The notes under the pieces are model-generated. The model had not been told where the DNA came from. It worked only from the letters and a program-made list of their open reading frames with translations, and searched no databases. DNA of 64,000 nt from an uncultured Chloroflexia bacterium (GTDB lineage Bacteria > Chloroflexota > Limnocylindria > Limnocylindrales > CSP1-4). The DNA lies in contig CAVQYU010000005.1 of the NCBI GenBank assembly GCA_963718285.1, positions 690,552 to 754,551 on the forward strand, read 5' to 3'. The translations under genes were made by a program, and so were the position numbers. Positions 1 through 10,595 of the stretch are shown one piece after another (the first letter of the stretch is position 1; each line of letters opens with the position of its first letter).

Positions 1-945
1 GGCAACGCGCGGCTCGGGCTCAGGTTCGGCAACCGCGACCGGCTCGGGCTCAGGTTCGGCAACCGCGACCGGCTCGCTGACCGGCTCAGGGACCACCTCG
101 GCGATCGCGGCAGCCTCCGGCTCGGCGGCCGGAGCAACGGCGGCGTCGGGCTCGTGGCTGACGATGACTGCCTCGGCCGCCAGCGCGGTCGCAGGCTCAT
201 CGTGGTGGTGCCCATTGCCGTTGCCGTTGGTTGGCTCGGCCACCGGCGCATAGCCCGTGAAGGGTCGCATCCAGAACTCGGCGGCCGAAGCGAGCTCGGC
301 TTGCTCGGCCGGTTCCGGGACGGCCTCGGCCTGGGCGGCCGGCTCGCGAGCCTCGGCGGCGCCTTCGGCGGCGAGCTCCGGCTCGGCTGCCATCTCGGAC
401 GCCTCGGCGGTCGGTTCGGCATCCGGCGCGCGAAACAGGTCGATCGTGGGCCAGGCCGAGCCGACGACGGCGGCTGGCGCGACCTCGTCGAGCGGCCCGG
501 CTCCGACCAGGAGCTGGCCTTCGGCCGGCGCCGCCCCTGCGACCGGATCCGGGCTGACCAGGGGAGACATGCCGCCCCCCGCGAGCAGGTCGTCCAGCGG
601 CGAGCGAAGCAAGCCCGGCGCGGCGACCGAGAGTGGGGCGCAGGTCAGGCAGCGCCCTTCGGGCTCGTTCCAGCAATTGGCACAGGTGTATTGGCGGCAG
701 GACATGCAGAACTGGAACGTCTGGTGGAACGCATCGAGCTGGCCGCCGCTGAGCTCGCGCTGCTCGTCGGAGCGAGCTTCGGCCAGCGCCTCGTCCAGCG
801 AGGCATCGTCACTCAGGACGTAGTTCTTGAGTCCCTTGGACAGGACCTTCAGCTTGCCAATGCGGCGCTTCTTCGGAATGGCCGCCTCGAAGGTGTAGCG
901 GGTGCCACACCGTTCACAGAACGACTCGGTGATGATCTCGGTCAT
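1..945 (-). CDS. Cys-rich (8 Cys) putative zinc-binding hypothetical protein with Ala/Glu/Pro-rich tail; runs off the window edge
   Basis: Manual reverse-strand translation from ATG at 945: MTEIITESFCERCGTRYTFE...FQFCMSCRQYTCANCWNEPEGRCLTCAP, then an acidic low-complexity region. Probably absent from the ORF track because its stop lies outside the window. Confidence 0.8.
   Translation of the reverse strand, partial: MTEIITESFCERCGTRYTFEAAIPKKRRIGKLKVLSKGLKNYVLSDDASLDEALAEARSDEQRELSGGQLDAFHQTFQFCMSCRQYTCANCWNEPEGRCLTCAPLSVAAPGLLRSPLDDLLAGGGMSPLVSPDPVAGAAPAEGQLLVGAGPLDEVAPAAVVGSAWPTIDLFRAPDAEPTAEASEMAAEPELAAEGAAEAREPAAQAEAVPEPAEQAELASAAEFWMRPFTGYAPVAEPTNGNGNGHHHDEPATALAAEAVIVSHEPDAAVAPAAEPEAAAIAEVVPEPVSEPVAVAEPEPEPVAVAEPEPEPRVA
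11..70. repeat. 30-bp tandem repeat x2 within the coding low-complexity tail
   Basis: GGCTCGGGCTCAGGTTCGGCAACCGCGACC at 11-40 and 41-70; encodes an EPVAVAEPEP-like repeat on the minus strand. Confidence 0.85.
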
Positions 946-1145
946 GCGACTTCCACGCGTGGGACTCACTCGGGGCAATCGCGCTCCCCGAGCGGGGCGA
1001 GAGTATATCGCAGGGGTCCAGCTGGGCCCTGAGCCGCTCGTACCCCCGGTTGCTCCTGATCGTACGGCTACGGCGGGCTTTGGGCATTCCCCGAGCCGCC
1101 CGCTTCGGCCGGCGTTCCGGGCAGCCTGCTAGACTCCGGCCGACC

Positions 1146-1898
1146 ATGCAGCCGATCGCCGCGGTCGAGCGATTCCTCGAGCGGTTGCTCGAGCGTCCCA
1201 CCGCTCGCCTCTTCCACTCGCCCCTCCAACCGATCCAGATTCAACGTCGAATTGAGCGCGCGATGGAGGCCAACCGGAGGACCGTCGGGCGGCGGACCCT
1301 CGTGCCCGACCGGTACCGGGTCCACCTCGCTCCGACGGACATCAGCGCACTCGGATCCCGGGCCGGGGCACTGGCCGCGAGCCTGGCCGACGAGGCCCTG
1401 GGCTTCGCCCGCGGTCATGGCTATACCCTCGAACACTCGCCCACGGTCGAGCTGGTGGCCGATCGGAGCGTGCCCTCGGCCGAAGTGCGGGTCAGCGTCG
1501 ACCGGCCGGGCAGCCAGGGTCAGCCCAACCCTGGCGAACCCCGGGCCGAAGACGCCCTGGAAGGTACCCGGGCCTTCGACGCTCCGGTCGCGCAGGCCCC
1601 GCTGGCCGCCCTGCAGGAGCAGCGGCCCGACGGCCAGGGCCGTCGAATCGTGGTCGACGGTGCGCTCCTGACGATCGGCCGGGCACCGGACAACCAGCTC
1701 GTCCTCGATGACCGGCGGGTATCCCGGCACCACGCCCGGCTCCAGGCCCGCCGGGGGATGCTCGTCCTGACCGACCTGGACAGTGCCAATGGCTCGCGGG
1801 TCAACGGCGTGGCCGTCCAGGAGGTGGCCCTGGGAGCCGGTGACCGGATCGAGTTCGGCATGACCGTATTCGTGGTCGAAGCCGTCCCGACCGGTTGA
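1146..1898 (+). CDS. fhaA: FhaA-like protein (DUF3662 + FHA domain)
   Basis: N-terminal ERFLERLLE...LQPIQIQRRIERAME (DUF3662-like); FHA motifs IGR, VSRHHA, DLDSANG. TGCTAGACT -10 box just upstream. Confidence 0.85.
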   Translation: MQPIAAVERFLERLLERPTARLFHSPLQPIQIQRRIERAMEANRRTVGRRTLVPDRYRVHLAPTDISALGSRAGALAASLADEALGFARGHGYTLEHSPTVELVADRSVPSAEVRVSVDRPGSQGQPNPGEPRAEDALEGTRAFDAPVAQAPLAALQEQRPDGQGRRIVVDGALLTIGRAPDNQLVLDDRRVSRHHARLQARRGMLVLTDLDSANGSRVNGVAVQEVALGAGDRIEFGMTVFVVEAVPTG

Positions 1899-2335
1899 TG
1901 GACCCCTACGTCGTCGCGATCTGGATCGTCCGGATCGCCTTCCTGGCCGGCCTGTACCTGTTCATGTTCTGGGTGGCCCGCCTCCTCCTGAATGACCTCC
2001 GGGCGGCCGCCCGCAACCCCGGCGGCGCCCTGGCCCGGCTGGTCGTGATCGGCTCGGACGTGCCCGAGCCGCCGCGGGGCACGGTCTTCGGCCTGGACGC
2101 GGTGGCCACGATCGGACGGGACGTCAACAACTCGATCGTGGTCGAAGACGACTTTGCCTCCACCGAGCACGCCACGATCGCATTTCGCGGGCGGGCCTGG
2201 TATGTCGAGGACCTGGCCAGCACCAACGGCACGTTCCTCAACGGAGCCCGGATCGAGGGCCTCAATCCGCTCGGCTACGGCGACGAGCTGCAGGTCGGGC
2301 GGGTTCGGTTCCGGTTCGAGCGGGCGCGTCGATGA
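1898..2335 (+). CDS. fhaB: Membrane-anchored FHA domain protein (FhaB/FipA-like)
   Basis: N-terminal TM helix; FHA motifs IGR, ASTEHA, DLASTNGT; overlaps the fhaA stop. Confidence 0.85.
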   Translation: MDPYVVAIWIVRIAFLAGLYLFMFWVARLLLNDLRAAARNPGGALARLVVIGSDVPEPPRGTVFGLDAVATIGRDVNNSIVVEDDFASTEHATIAFRGRAWYVEDLASTNGTFLNGARIEGLNPLGYGDELQVGRVRFRFERARR

Positions 2336-3735
2336 CGGCTGGCGCGGGCACCACGAGCCGCTGGTCGATCAGCCAGGTCCGGCCCCGCAGCCGCCGGCGC
2401 GAGTCGGGCCTCCTCGTGATCGTGGCGGTCGTGCTCGTCCTGGGCAGCCTGTCGCTTGGCCTGACCGAGCGGCAGCTGGCCGGCGAGAAGCTCAGCTGGC
2501 TGCCGGCCGACGCGGGCCAGCTGGCGATCTACCTGGGCGCTCTCCTGCTGGCCCACCTCGCCCTGATCCTGGCCGGCCGGCGGGCGGACCAGGTCCTTCT
2601 GCCGACGGTCGGCCTGCTGGGCGGGATCAGCCTGCTCCTGATGGAACGGCTCCCCCAGTCCCTCGTCTCCCAATCGATCGGTGGGCGCAACTTCGGCCTG
2701 GCCTCGATCCAGCTGGGCTGGCTGCTGCTGGCCCTGGCGGTGATCACGATCCTGGGGATCGTCGTCCGCTCGGATGCCTGGCTGCGCCGTTACAAGTACA
2801 CCTGGGCGGCCGCCGGGATCAGCCTCCTGCTCCTCACCTTCGTGCTCGGCAACGAGGTCAACGGGGCCCTCCTGACCATCCAGATCGGACCGTTCAGCGG
2901 CCAGCCGACTGAGCTGATCAAGGTGGTCCTGGTGATCTTCCTGGCTGGCTACCTGTCCGAGTTCCGGCCGCTCCTGATCGACGCCAACATGCGCGTCGGA
3001 CCGCTCAACCTGCCGCCGCTGCCGTACCTCCTGCCGATGCTGGCGATGTGGGCAATCGCCCTCGGGATCGTGGTCATCCAGCGCGACCTGGGGGCCGCTC
3101 TCCTCTTCTTCGCGGTCTTCCTGGCCCTGGTCTACATCGCCACGGCCCGGGCCAGCTACGTGGTCATCGGGGTCCTCCTGTTCCTGGGTGGGAGCTTCCT
3201 TGCCTACCAGGTCTTCGGCACGGTCCGCGATCGGGTGGACATCTGGGTCAACCCGTTCCTGGATGCCAGCGGCAAGGGCTACCAGGTCGTCCAGTCGCTG
3301 TATGCCTTCGCCCGGGGCGGGATCCTGGGCACCGGCTTCGGAGGCGGACTGCCCCTGGTCGGCGGTCGCCTGCCGATCCCGGCCATCCATACCGACTTCC
3401 CGCTGGCCGCCCTGGGCGAAGAGCTCGGCCTGATCGGGGTCGTCGCGATCCTGGGCCTGTACCTGGTCCTGATCGAGCGCGGGCTGCGCATCGCCGCCTC
3501 GGCCGCCGACGACTTCCGGTCGCTCCTGGCCGCCGGCCTGACCCTGGTCGTGGGCGTTCAGGCGTTCATCATCGCGGGCGGCAACCTCAAGCTGATCCCA
3601 CTGACCGGGGTCACCCTGCCGTTCATCAGCTACGGCGGATCGTCCCTCCTCGCCAACGGCGTCGCCGTCGGGCTCCTGCTGGCCCTGTCCGATCGCGGCG
3701 TCGAGCCGCCGCCGCCGCCCCGGCGGGCCCGATGA
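2332..3735 (+). CDS. rodA: SEDS family peptidoglycan glycosyltransferase (RodA/FtsW)
   Basis: Multi-TM protein; QPTELIK, RDLGAA, HTDF, PLTGVTLPFISYGGSS motifs. Confidence 0.93.
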   Translation: MTAGAGTTSRWSISQVRPRSRRRESGLLVIVAVVLVLGSLSLGLTERQLAGEKLSWLPADAGQLAIYLGALLLAHLALILAGRRADQVLLPTVGLLGGISLLLMERLPQSLVSQSIGGRNFGLASIQLGWLLLALAVITILGIVVRSDAWLRRYKYTWAAAGISLLLLTFVLGNEVNGALLTIQIGPFSGQPTELIKVVLVIFLAGYLSEFRPLLIDANMRVGPLNLPPLPYLLPMLAMWAIALGIVVIQRDLGAALLFFAVFLALVYIATARASYVVIGVLLFLGGSFLAYQVFGTVRDRVDIWVNPFLDASGKGYQVVQSLYAFARGGILGTGFGGGLPLVGGRLPIPAIHTDFPLAALGEELGLIGVVAILGLYLVLIERGLRIAASAADDFRSLLAAGLTLVVGVQAFIIAGGNLKLIPLTGVTLPFISYGGSSLLANGVAVGLLLALSDRGVEPPPPPRRAR

Positions 3736-5225
3736 CGCCCCAGGACCGGGTGCCGATCGGGCGGGGGATTGCCCGGGTCGGGCTGATCCTGACGATCCTG
3801 TTCGCCCTCATCTCGGTCGGGGCGGGCTACTGGCAGGTCGTGCGGGCCTCGGAGCTGAGCCGGGCACCGGACAACCCACTCGTCATCGCGGCCAGCCGCA
3901 ACTCCGTTCGGGGCCGGATCCTGGACCGCAACGGGGCGGTCCTGGCGTCGAACAGGAACGACGCCAACGGCGAGCCCTACCGGGTCTACGCCGACCGCTC
4001 GCTGGCCCAGGTGGTGGGCTATGCCTCCACGATCTATGGCACGGCCGGCCTGGAGCGGGCCTACAACGCCGAGCTGTCCGGGCTGGGCGGAACGAACTCG
4101 CTGGATGACCTGCTGTACAAGCTGAGCCCTCGCCAGAGCAAGGGCGACGACCTGGAGCTGAGCCTGTCGCTCAAGCTTCAGCAGGCCGCGGTCAAGGCCC
4201 TCGGGACGGATCGTGGCGCCGTGGTCATGCTCGACCCGCGCACGGGCCGGGTCCTGGCCCTGGCCTCGACCCCAACCTACGACGCGAGCGCGATCGCCAA
4301 CCCGGTCACCGCCCAGGCCGCCTTCAAGCGCATCTCCAATGCGCCGGGCCAGCCGTTCCTGAATCGGGCGACGATGGGCCTGTACGTGCCCGGCTCGATC
4401 TTCAAGATCGTGACCTCGATCGCGGCCCTCGGCTCGGGGGCGATCAGCCCGTCAACCACCTATGCCCAGCAGCCGCCAGCCGAGAAGACGGGCCTGCTCG
4501 TGTCCGGCTTCCGGATCCACGACGGCCACCATGACTTCACCGGCTCGCAGGCGCTCAACTACTACCAGGCGATCCAGGTCTCCTGCAACATCTACTTCGC
4601 CCTGACCGGCCTGCGCACCGGCGGCGCCGCGCTGGCCGACTGGGCGGCCCGGGCCGGCTTTGGCGCACCGATCCCATTCGACCTGCCCACGGCCGCCAGC
4701 CAGGTCACTAACGGTGGGGGGTCGTTCGGTGGCGGCTTCAAGGACGACGTCGAGCTGGCCAACGCCGCCTACGGCCAGGCCGAGACGCTGGCCACTCCGC
4801 TCCAGATGGCCCTCGTTGCTGCCAGCGTGGCCAACGGCGGAATCCTGATGCAGCCCGAGCTGGTCAGCGCGATTGCCGGCCCCGGCGGGACGCGCACGAT
4901 CGCGCCGCAGGTCTGGCGGACCGTGATGCCGCCGTCGGTGGCGGGCACGATCGGCCAGGCGATGCGCCTCGCCGTCGAGAGCGACTGGGGCCGGATCTTC
5001 ACGACGGGCGCCGCGATCCCGGGCATCCCCACGGCTGGCAAGACCGGCACGGCCCAGATCGGCGGAGCCGCCGAGCCGAACTCGTGGTTCATCGGCTACG
5101 CCCCGGCCGACAATCCGCAGGTGGCGATCGCGGTGATCGTCGAGCAGGGCGGCCACGGCTCGGCCCGGGCCGCTCCGATTGCCGGCTCGCTCATGGGCCT
5201 GTGGCTCAAGACGCTCAATCGGTGA
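3732..5225 (+). CDS. pbpA: Class B penicillin-binding protein (PbpA-like transpeptidase)
   Basis: RGRILDRNG; SxxK (GSIFK), SxN (SCN), KTG (KTGT); ATGA overlap with rodA. Confidence 0.92.
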   Translation: MTPQDRVPIGRGIARVGLILTILFALISVGAGYWQVVRASELSRAPDNPLVIAASRNSVRGRILDRNGAVLASNRNDANGEPYRVYADRSLAQVVGYASTIYGTAGLERAYNAELSGLGGTNSLDDLLYKLSPRQSKGDDLELSLSLKLQQAAVKALGTDRGAVVMLDPRTGRVLALASTPTYDASAIANPVTAQAAFKRISNAPGQPFLNRATMGLYVPGSIFKIVTSIAALGSGAISPSTTYAQQPPAEKTGLLVSGFRIHDGHHDFTGSQALNYYQAIQVSCNIYFALTGLRTGGAALADWAARAGFGAPIPFDLPTAASQVTNGGGSFGGGFKDDVELANAAYGQAETLATPLQMALVAASVANGGILMQPELVSAIAGPGGTRTIAPQVWRTVMPPSVAGTIGQAMRLAVESDWGRIFTTGAAIPGIPTAGKTGTAQIGGAAEPNSWFIGYAPADNPQVAIAVIVEQGGHGSARAAPIAGSLMGLWLKTLNR

Positions 5226-5437
5226 ATGATTCGCCCGCCCCGTCCGGGGCACCACGCGAGAAGCGGCCACTCCTCGAGCGGATCGGCCTGGCCGTCATCG
5301 CCTTGGTCCTAGGCGGCCTGTTCGGGGCCATGGCCGCGGCGGCCTGGATCGGGGGCGAGCTGTTCCTGGCGGTCATGGGCGGCATCGGCTGCGCGATGAC
5401 CCTGTGGGTCGGTGCGCTGACCCTCCTTCGGGGCTAA
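5222..5437 (+). CDS. Small two-TM hypothetical membrane protein
   Basis: GTGA overlap with pbpA; 71 aa with two hydrophobic helices. Confidence 0.65.
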   Translation: MNDSPAPSGAPREKRPLLERIGLAVIALVLGGLFGAMAAAAWIGGELFLAVMGGIGCAMTLWVGALTLLRG

Positions 5438-5440
5438 CCC

Positions 5441-8175
5441 TCAACCGGCGCGCTCGCGCCGGCGGCGCCGGGCCGTCTGCTCGAGCAGCTTGGCCACCAG
5501 CGCCGTCCAGCCAGTCTGGTGGCTGGCCCCGGCGCCCCGGCCGTTATCACCGTCGAAGTACTCGTAGAAGGGGATCCGGTCGATCCAGGCCGGATCGGGC
5601 TGCAGCCGGGCATCGACGCCCAGGACCGGCCGGCGGCCATCGGCATCCAGCAGGAACAGGCGGGCCAGCCGATCGGCCAGGTCCCAGGCGAGATCGTCGA
5701 GCTCCCGGAAGTGGCCGGATCCGGCGGGCATCTCGACCCGGAACGTCTCGCCGTGGTAGTGGTGGAACGTCTGGAGCGCCTCGATCAGGAGGTAGTTGAT
5801 CGGGAACCAGACAGGGCCGCGCCAATTCGAGTTGCCGCCGAAGATGCCGGTCCGCGATTCGGCCGGCTCATAGTCGATCGAGGCCATGATCCCCTCGGGC
5901 AGGGTCAGGTTGACCGGCTGAGCCAGGTGCTCCCGGCTGAGCGAGCGGATCCCGTGCGGGCTGAGGAACTCGTCCGGGTCGACGATCCGACGCAGGACCG
6001 CCTGGAGGCGGTCGTCGTGGACGAGCGACAGCAGGCGTCGCTCGCCGACCCCGGGCTCGGTCCAGCTGGCCACGTTGTGGGCGAGCTCTGGCCGGTTGGC
6101 CAGGAACCAGCCCATCCGGCGCTCGAAGTCGGGCAGCGCCTGGACGAGCTCGGGCTCGAGGACCTGGACGGCCAGCAGCGGGATGATCCCGACCAGCGAT
6201 CGAACCCGAAGGGGGATGACCTGGCCGGTGTCGAAGTGGAGGACGTCGTAGTAGAAGCCGTCCGCCTCGTCCCACAGCGAGACCCCGCTGCCGCCCAGGT
6301 TGTTGAGGGCCCCCGCGATGTACAGGAAATGCTCGAAGAACTTCGTGGCGATGTCTTCGTACACCCGGTCCTCCCGGGCCAGCTCGAGGGCGATCGAGAG
6401 CATGTTCAGGCAGAACATGCCCATCCAGGCCGTCCCGTCGGCCTGGCCGAGGTGGGCCCCGCCGGGCAGGGGGGCGTCGCGGTCGAACAGGCCGATGTTG
6501 TCCAGGCCAAGGAAGCCGCCCTGGAACACGTTCGCGCCGTCGAGGTCCTTCCGATTCACCCACCAGGTGAAGTTGAGCAGGAGCTTGTGGAAGACTCGCT
6601 CGAGGAAGCCGACGTCGCCCTTGCCATTGAGACGCCGGTCGATCTGGTAGACCCGCCAGGCGGCCCAGGCGTGGACAGGCGGATTGACGTCGCCGAAGCG
6701 CCATTCGTAGGCGGGCAGCTGGCCGTTGGCGTGCATGTACCACTCGCGGGTCAGCAGGAGCAGCTGGCTCTTGGCGAACGTCGGATCGATCACGGCCAGG
6801 GTGACCGCATGGAAGGCCAGGTCCCAGGCCGCGAACCAGGGGTATTCCCAGTTGTCGGGCATCGAGATGATGTCGCGCGTGTTGAGCTCGCGCCAGTCGG
6901 CGTTCCGGCCGACCCGCCGGGTGTCCGGGGGAGGCGGCGACGCTGGGTCGCCGTCGAGCCACTCGTCGACGTCGTAGTGATAGAACTGCTTGCACCAGAT
7001 CATTCCGGCGAAGGCCTGGCGCTGGACCAGTCGCTCGTCAGCACTCAGGTCCTGACCGCCGAAGCCGGCGTAGAACGCGTCGGCCTCGGCGATCCGCCGC
7101 TCGAAGACGGCCTCGAAGCCGGCAAACGGGTCGACGGCCGACGGGTCGAGCGGATCCGCGGGACCGAGGCGCAGGCGCAGGCGCAGGGTCGCAGTCGCGC
7201 CCGAGGCCAGTTCGAATCGGTGCCGGCTGGCGGCCTTCGAGCCGACCTCCTCGGGATTCGTGGCGTCGAGGCTGGCCGTCGACGACTCGCCGGTGGAAGG
7301 CGTCCTTGACGTAGGGCTCCGGATTCGGGCTGGCCCACAGCCGCTCGGCGTTGGATTCGTTGTCGGTGAACAGGAGCTCGCCCGGTCCGTCGATGTCGAG
7401 CCGGATCTGGCCCAGCCGAGCGTCCTCGCCCACGATGCTCCGGCGCTCCCCGCCGGCCCCCGGAGCGGCCTCGGCCGGCCGCAGGCGGGGGCGGCTGCCG
7501 CCTCGCCCCCACGCCCAGGTGTTGCGGAACCAGAGCGTGGGCAGGAGCTGGATCGGGGCCGTCTCCGGACCGACGTTGGTGACCCGGAAGCGGACCAGGA
7601 TGTCGTCCGGGCCCGCCTTGGCGTACTCGACCAGGACGTCGAACCAGCGCCGGTCCGCAAAGACGCCCGTGTCGACGAGCTCGTACTCGTCATCGTCCTT
7701 CGTCCGCCTCGCGTTCTCGGCGACCAGGTCGGCGTACGGAAACGCAGCCTGGGGATAGGCGTAGGCGGCCTTCAGGTAGCTGTGGCTGGGAGTCCCATCG
7801 AGGAACCAGTACAGCTCCTTGACGTCCTCGCCGTGGTTGCCCTCGGGCCCGGACAGGCCGAAGGGCCGCTCCTTGAGGATAGGATCGTGCTCGTTCCAGA
7901 GGGCCAGCGCAAAGCACAGGCGGCCGTGGTCGTCGCTCAATCCGAGCAGGCCGTCCTCGCCCCAGCGATAGGCTCGCGAGCGAGCCTGGTCGTGGGTCAG
8001 GAAGGTCCACGGCTGGCCGTCCGCCGAGTAGTCCTCGCGCACCGTGCCCCATTGGCGGCTCGACAGGTACGGTCCCCAGCGATCCCAGTGGGCCGTGCCG
8101 GCGTCTCGCTCGGCCAGGCGGATGTGCTCGGCATCGAGCTCCCGGTTCGGCTCGGGCTTCGGCCCCTGGCGTCAT
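5441..8175 (-). CDS. MGH1-like glycoside hydrolase family 63 glucosidase (frameshifted at about 8165 and 7271)
   Basis: WGPYLSSRQWGTVREDYS, GNHGEDVKE, ISMPDNWEYPWFAAWDLAFH, GGNSNWRGPVW and GASHQTGWT, spread over three frames. Confidence 0.9.
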
Positions 8176-8232
8176 CGGCGTATCGTGCCCTGTCGGACGG
8201 CGTTGTGCTGCCGGGCGGGCCGGCCGTCACGA

Positions 8233-8264
8233 GATGAACCGGATGAACGTCCGTGGCGTAGGAT
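8233..8264 (+). promoter_or_regulatory. Putative moxR promoter with a GATGAAC direct repeat
   Basis: GATGAAC at 8233-8239 and 8242-8248; TAGGAT -10 at 8259-8264. Confidence 0.35.
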
Positions 8265-8360
8265 CACCCGACACATAAAGCCCAAGAACCGGTTCCCCGG
8301 CCGGTTTTCAGCCCCGTCCGGTCGGCCCAGTCGACCGGCACCCGTCACCGAGGGAGCCCG

Positions 8361-9374
8361 ATGACGAAGATCCAGGAGACGGGCGAGAAGGTCGTCGCCA
8401 ACGTCGAGCGCGTGATCGTGGGCAAGCACCACGAGGTGCGCCTGGCCATGGTCGCCCTCATGTGCCGCGGCCATCTCTTGATCGAGGACGTGCCCGGCAC
8501 GGGCAAGACCGTCCTGGCCAAGGCCCTCGCCCGAAGCCTCGGCTGCACGTTCCGGCGGATCCAGTTCACCCCCGACCTGCTGCCCTCCGACGTGACCGGC
8601 CTGTCGATCTACAACCAGAAGACCCAGGAGTTCGAGTTCCGGCCGGGTCCGATCATGGCCCAGGTCGTCCTGGCCGACGAGATCAACCGGGCGACGCCCA
8701 AGACCCAGTCGAGCCTGCTCGAGTGCATGGAAGAGCACCAGGCCACGATCGACGGAACCACCTACCCGATGCCCGATCCGTTCCTGGTCATCGCCACCCA
8801 GAACCCGATCGAGTACGAAGGCACGTTCGCCCTGCCCGAGGCCCAGCTCGACCGGTTCATGCTCCGGCTCCGGCTGGGCTATCCCCAGCCGGTCGAGGAG
8901 ATCGTGATCCTCGACGAGCAGAAGCGCAGCCACCCGCTCGACGAGCTCGAGGAGGTCTGCTCCAACGACGAGCTGCGCGAGATGCAGGCGGCCGTTCGCG
9001 AGGTCTACGTCGACAGCTCCGTCTCGGAGTACATCGTCCGCCTCGTCAACGGCACCCGCAGCCACGCCGACGTGTACCTGGGTGCCTCGCCCCGCGGCTC
9101 GATCGCCCTGTACCGGGCCAGCCAGGCCTACGCCGGTCTGCTCGGCCGGGACTACGTCATCCCGGACGACATCAAGGCGTTGGCCGAGCCAGCCCTGGCC
9201 CACCGCCTGATCATCAAGACGAGTGCCACGATCCACGATGTCCTGCCGGCCCAGATCGTGCGCGAGCTGCTCGACACGGTGCCCGTCGGGGCACCCTCGC
9301 CGACCCTCCACGGCCCGCGCGAGATCCCGGCGGCCGTCGCCGACCCGAGTCCCGCCGAGCGACTGGCGCGCTAA
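8361..9374 (+). CDS. moxR: MoxR family AAA+ ATPase
   Basis: [50 protein letters not shown]. Confidence 0.95.
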   Translation: MTKIQETGEKVVANVERVIVGKHHEVRLAMVALMCRGHLLIEDVPGTGKTVLAKALARSLGCTFRRIQFTPDLLPSDVTGLSIYNQKTQEFEFRPGPIMAQVVLADEINRATPKTQSSLLECMEEHQATIDGTTYPMPDPFLVIATQNPIEYEGTFALPEAQLDRFMLRLRLGYPQPVEEIVILDEQKRSHPLDELEEVCSNDELREMQAAVREVYVDSSVSEYIVRLVNGTRSHADVYLGASPRGSIALYRASQAYAGLLGRDYVIPDDIKALAEPALAHRLIIKTSATIHDVLPAQIVRELLDTVPVGAPSPTLHGPREIPAAVADPSPAERLAR

Positions 9375-9389
9375 GGAGCCTTCAGCCTG

Positions 9390-10595
9390 ATGGTCCGACG
9401 CCTGTCGATCATCGCGCTGGCCATCGTCCTGGTCCTGGCCGCGTTCTCGTCCGGCCTGCCCTTCCTGTTCTACCTGCTCTACCTGGGCATCCTGGTCGTC
9501 GGCGGCAGCTACGTCCTGACCCGGCTCGGGCTGGCCGACCTCGAGGCCGGCTACGCCGTCGGCCAGGTGACCGGCCACGTCGGCGAGCAGCTCAAGGTGA
9601 CGTACACCCTGCGCAACGCCGGCCGGCTGCCCAAGCCCTGGCTCGAGGTCCACAACCCGACCAGCCTGCCGGTGGCGATCCCCGGCCGGGCGATCGGGAT
9701 CGGCTCGCGGGCCGAGCGCTCGTGGATCGCCCGGGTGCCGCTTACCCGCCGGGGCCACTTCCGGATCGAGCCGCTCCAGGTCCGGACCGGCGACCCGTTC
9801 GGCTTCTTCGAGGCCTCGGCGGTGGTCGGCCAGCCGATCAGCCTGGTGGTCTATCCGCGGATCGACACGCTGCCCCTGTGGCGGCTGCCCTCGGCCAACA
9901 TCGAAGGCAGTCACGCAGCCCCCGAGCGGACCCTCCAGACGAGCCCACTCGCGACCAGCGTGCGGCCCTACGCGCCGGGCGACGGCTTCAACCGGATCCA
10001 CTGGAAGTCGACGGCGCGCCAGGGGGAGATCCAGGTCAAGGAGTTCGACCTGGAGCAGACCGCCGACGTGTGGCTCTTCCTCGATCTCGAGAGCCGGGTC
10101 CAAACCGGCAGCGGCAACGAGTCGAGCGTCGAGCTGGCCGTCCGGGCCGCCGCCTCGATCGCCGCCAAGTCGCTGGGCGAGAACCGGGCGGTCGGGCTGA
10201 CGGCCTACGGCCAGCGAATGGCGGTCCTGCCCGCCGACCGGGGCGGCCGCCAGTACCTCAAGATGATGCAGCTCCTGGCGGCCGTCGAGGGTGACGGGGG
10301 CAGCCCGCTGGTCGAGGGCCTCCTGTCGAGCCTGCCCCGGCTGCGGCGGGGGATGACCGCCGTGGTCATCACGCCCTCGCTCGATCGGGCGTGGGTCCGG
10401 CCGCTCGCCAGCCTGCGCGGTCGCGGCGTCGCCGCCGTCGTCGTGGCGGTCCGCCCGGCTGACCCGGCGCCCGACCCGGAGGCCACTGCAGGGGCGAAGG
10501 CCCTCGGCTACGCGCTGGCCGAATACGAGCTCCAGACCTACCCGATCAGTCCGGACCGAGCGCTCGGCGCCCAGCTCGCCCGGGTCGGCCGATGA
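9390..10595 (+). CDS. DUF58 domain protein
   Basis: N-terminal TM; DPFG; VRPYAPGDGFNRIHWKSTAR; follows moxR. Confidence 0.9.
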   Translation: MVRRLSIIALAIVLVLAAFSSGLPFLFYLLYLGILVVGGSYVLTRLGLADLEAGYAVGQVTGHVGEQLKVTYTLRNAGRLPKPWLEVHNPTSLPVAIPGRAIGIGSRAERSWIARVPLTRRGHFRIEPLQVRTGDPFGFFEASAVVGQPISLVVYPRIDTLPLWRLPSANIEGSHAAPERTLQTSPLATSVRPYAPGDGFNRIHWKSTARQGEIQVKEFDLEQTADVWLFLDLESRVQTGSGNESSVELAVRAAASIAAKSLGENRAVGLTAYGQRMAVLPADRGGRQYLKMMQLLAAVEGDGGSPLVEGLLSSLPRLRRGMTAVVITPSLDRAWVRPLASLRGRGVAAVVVAVRPADPAPDPEATAGAKALGYALAEYELQTYPISPDRALGAQLARVGR

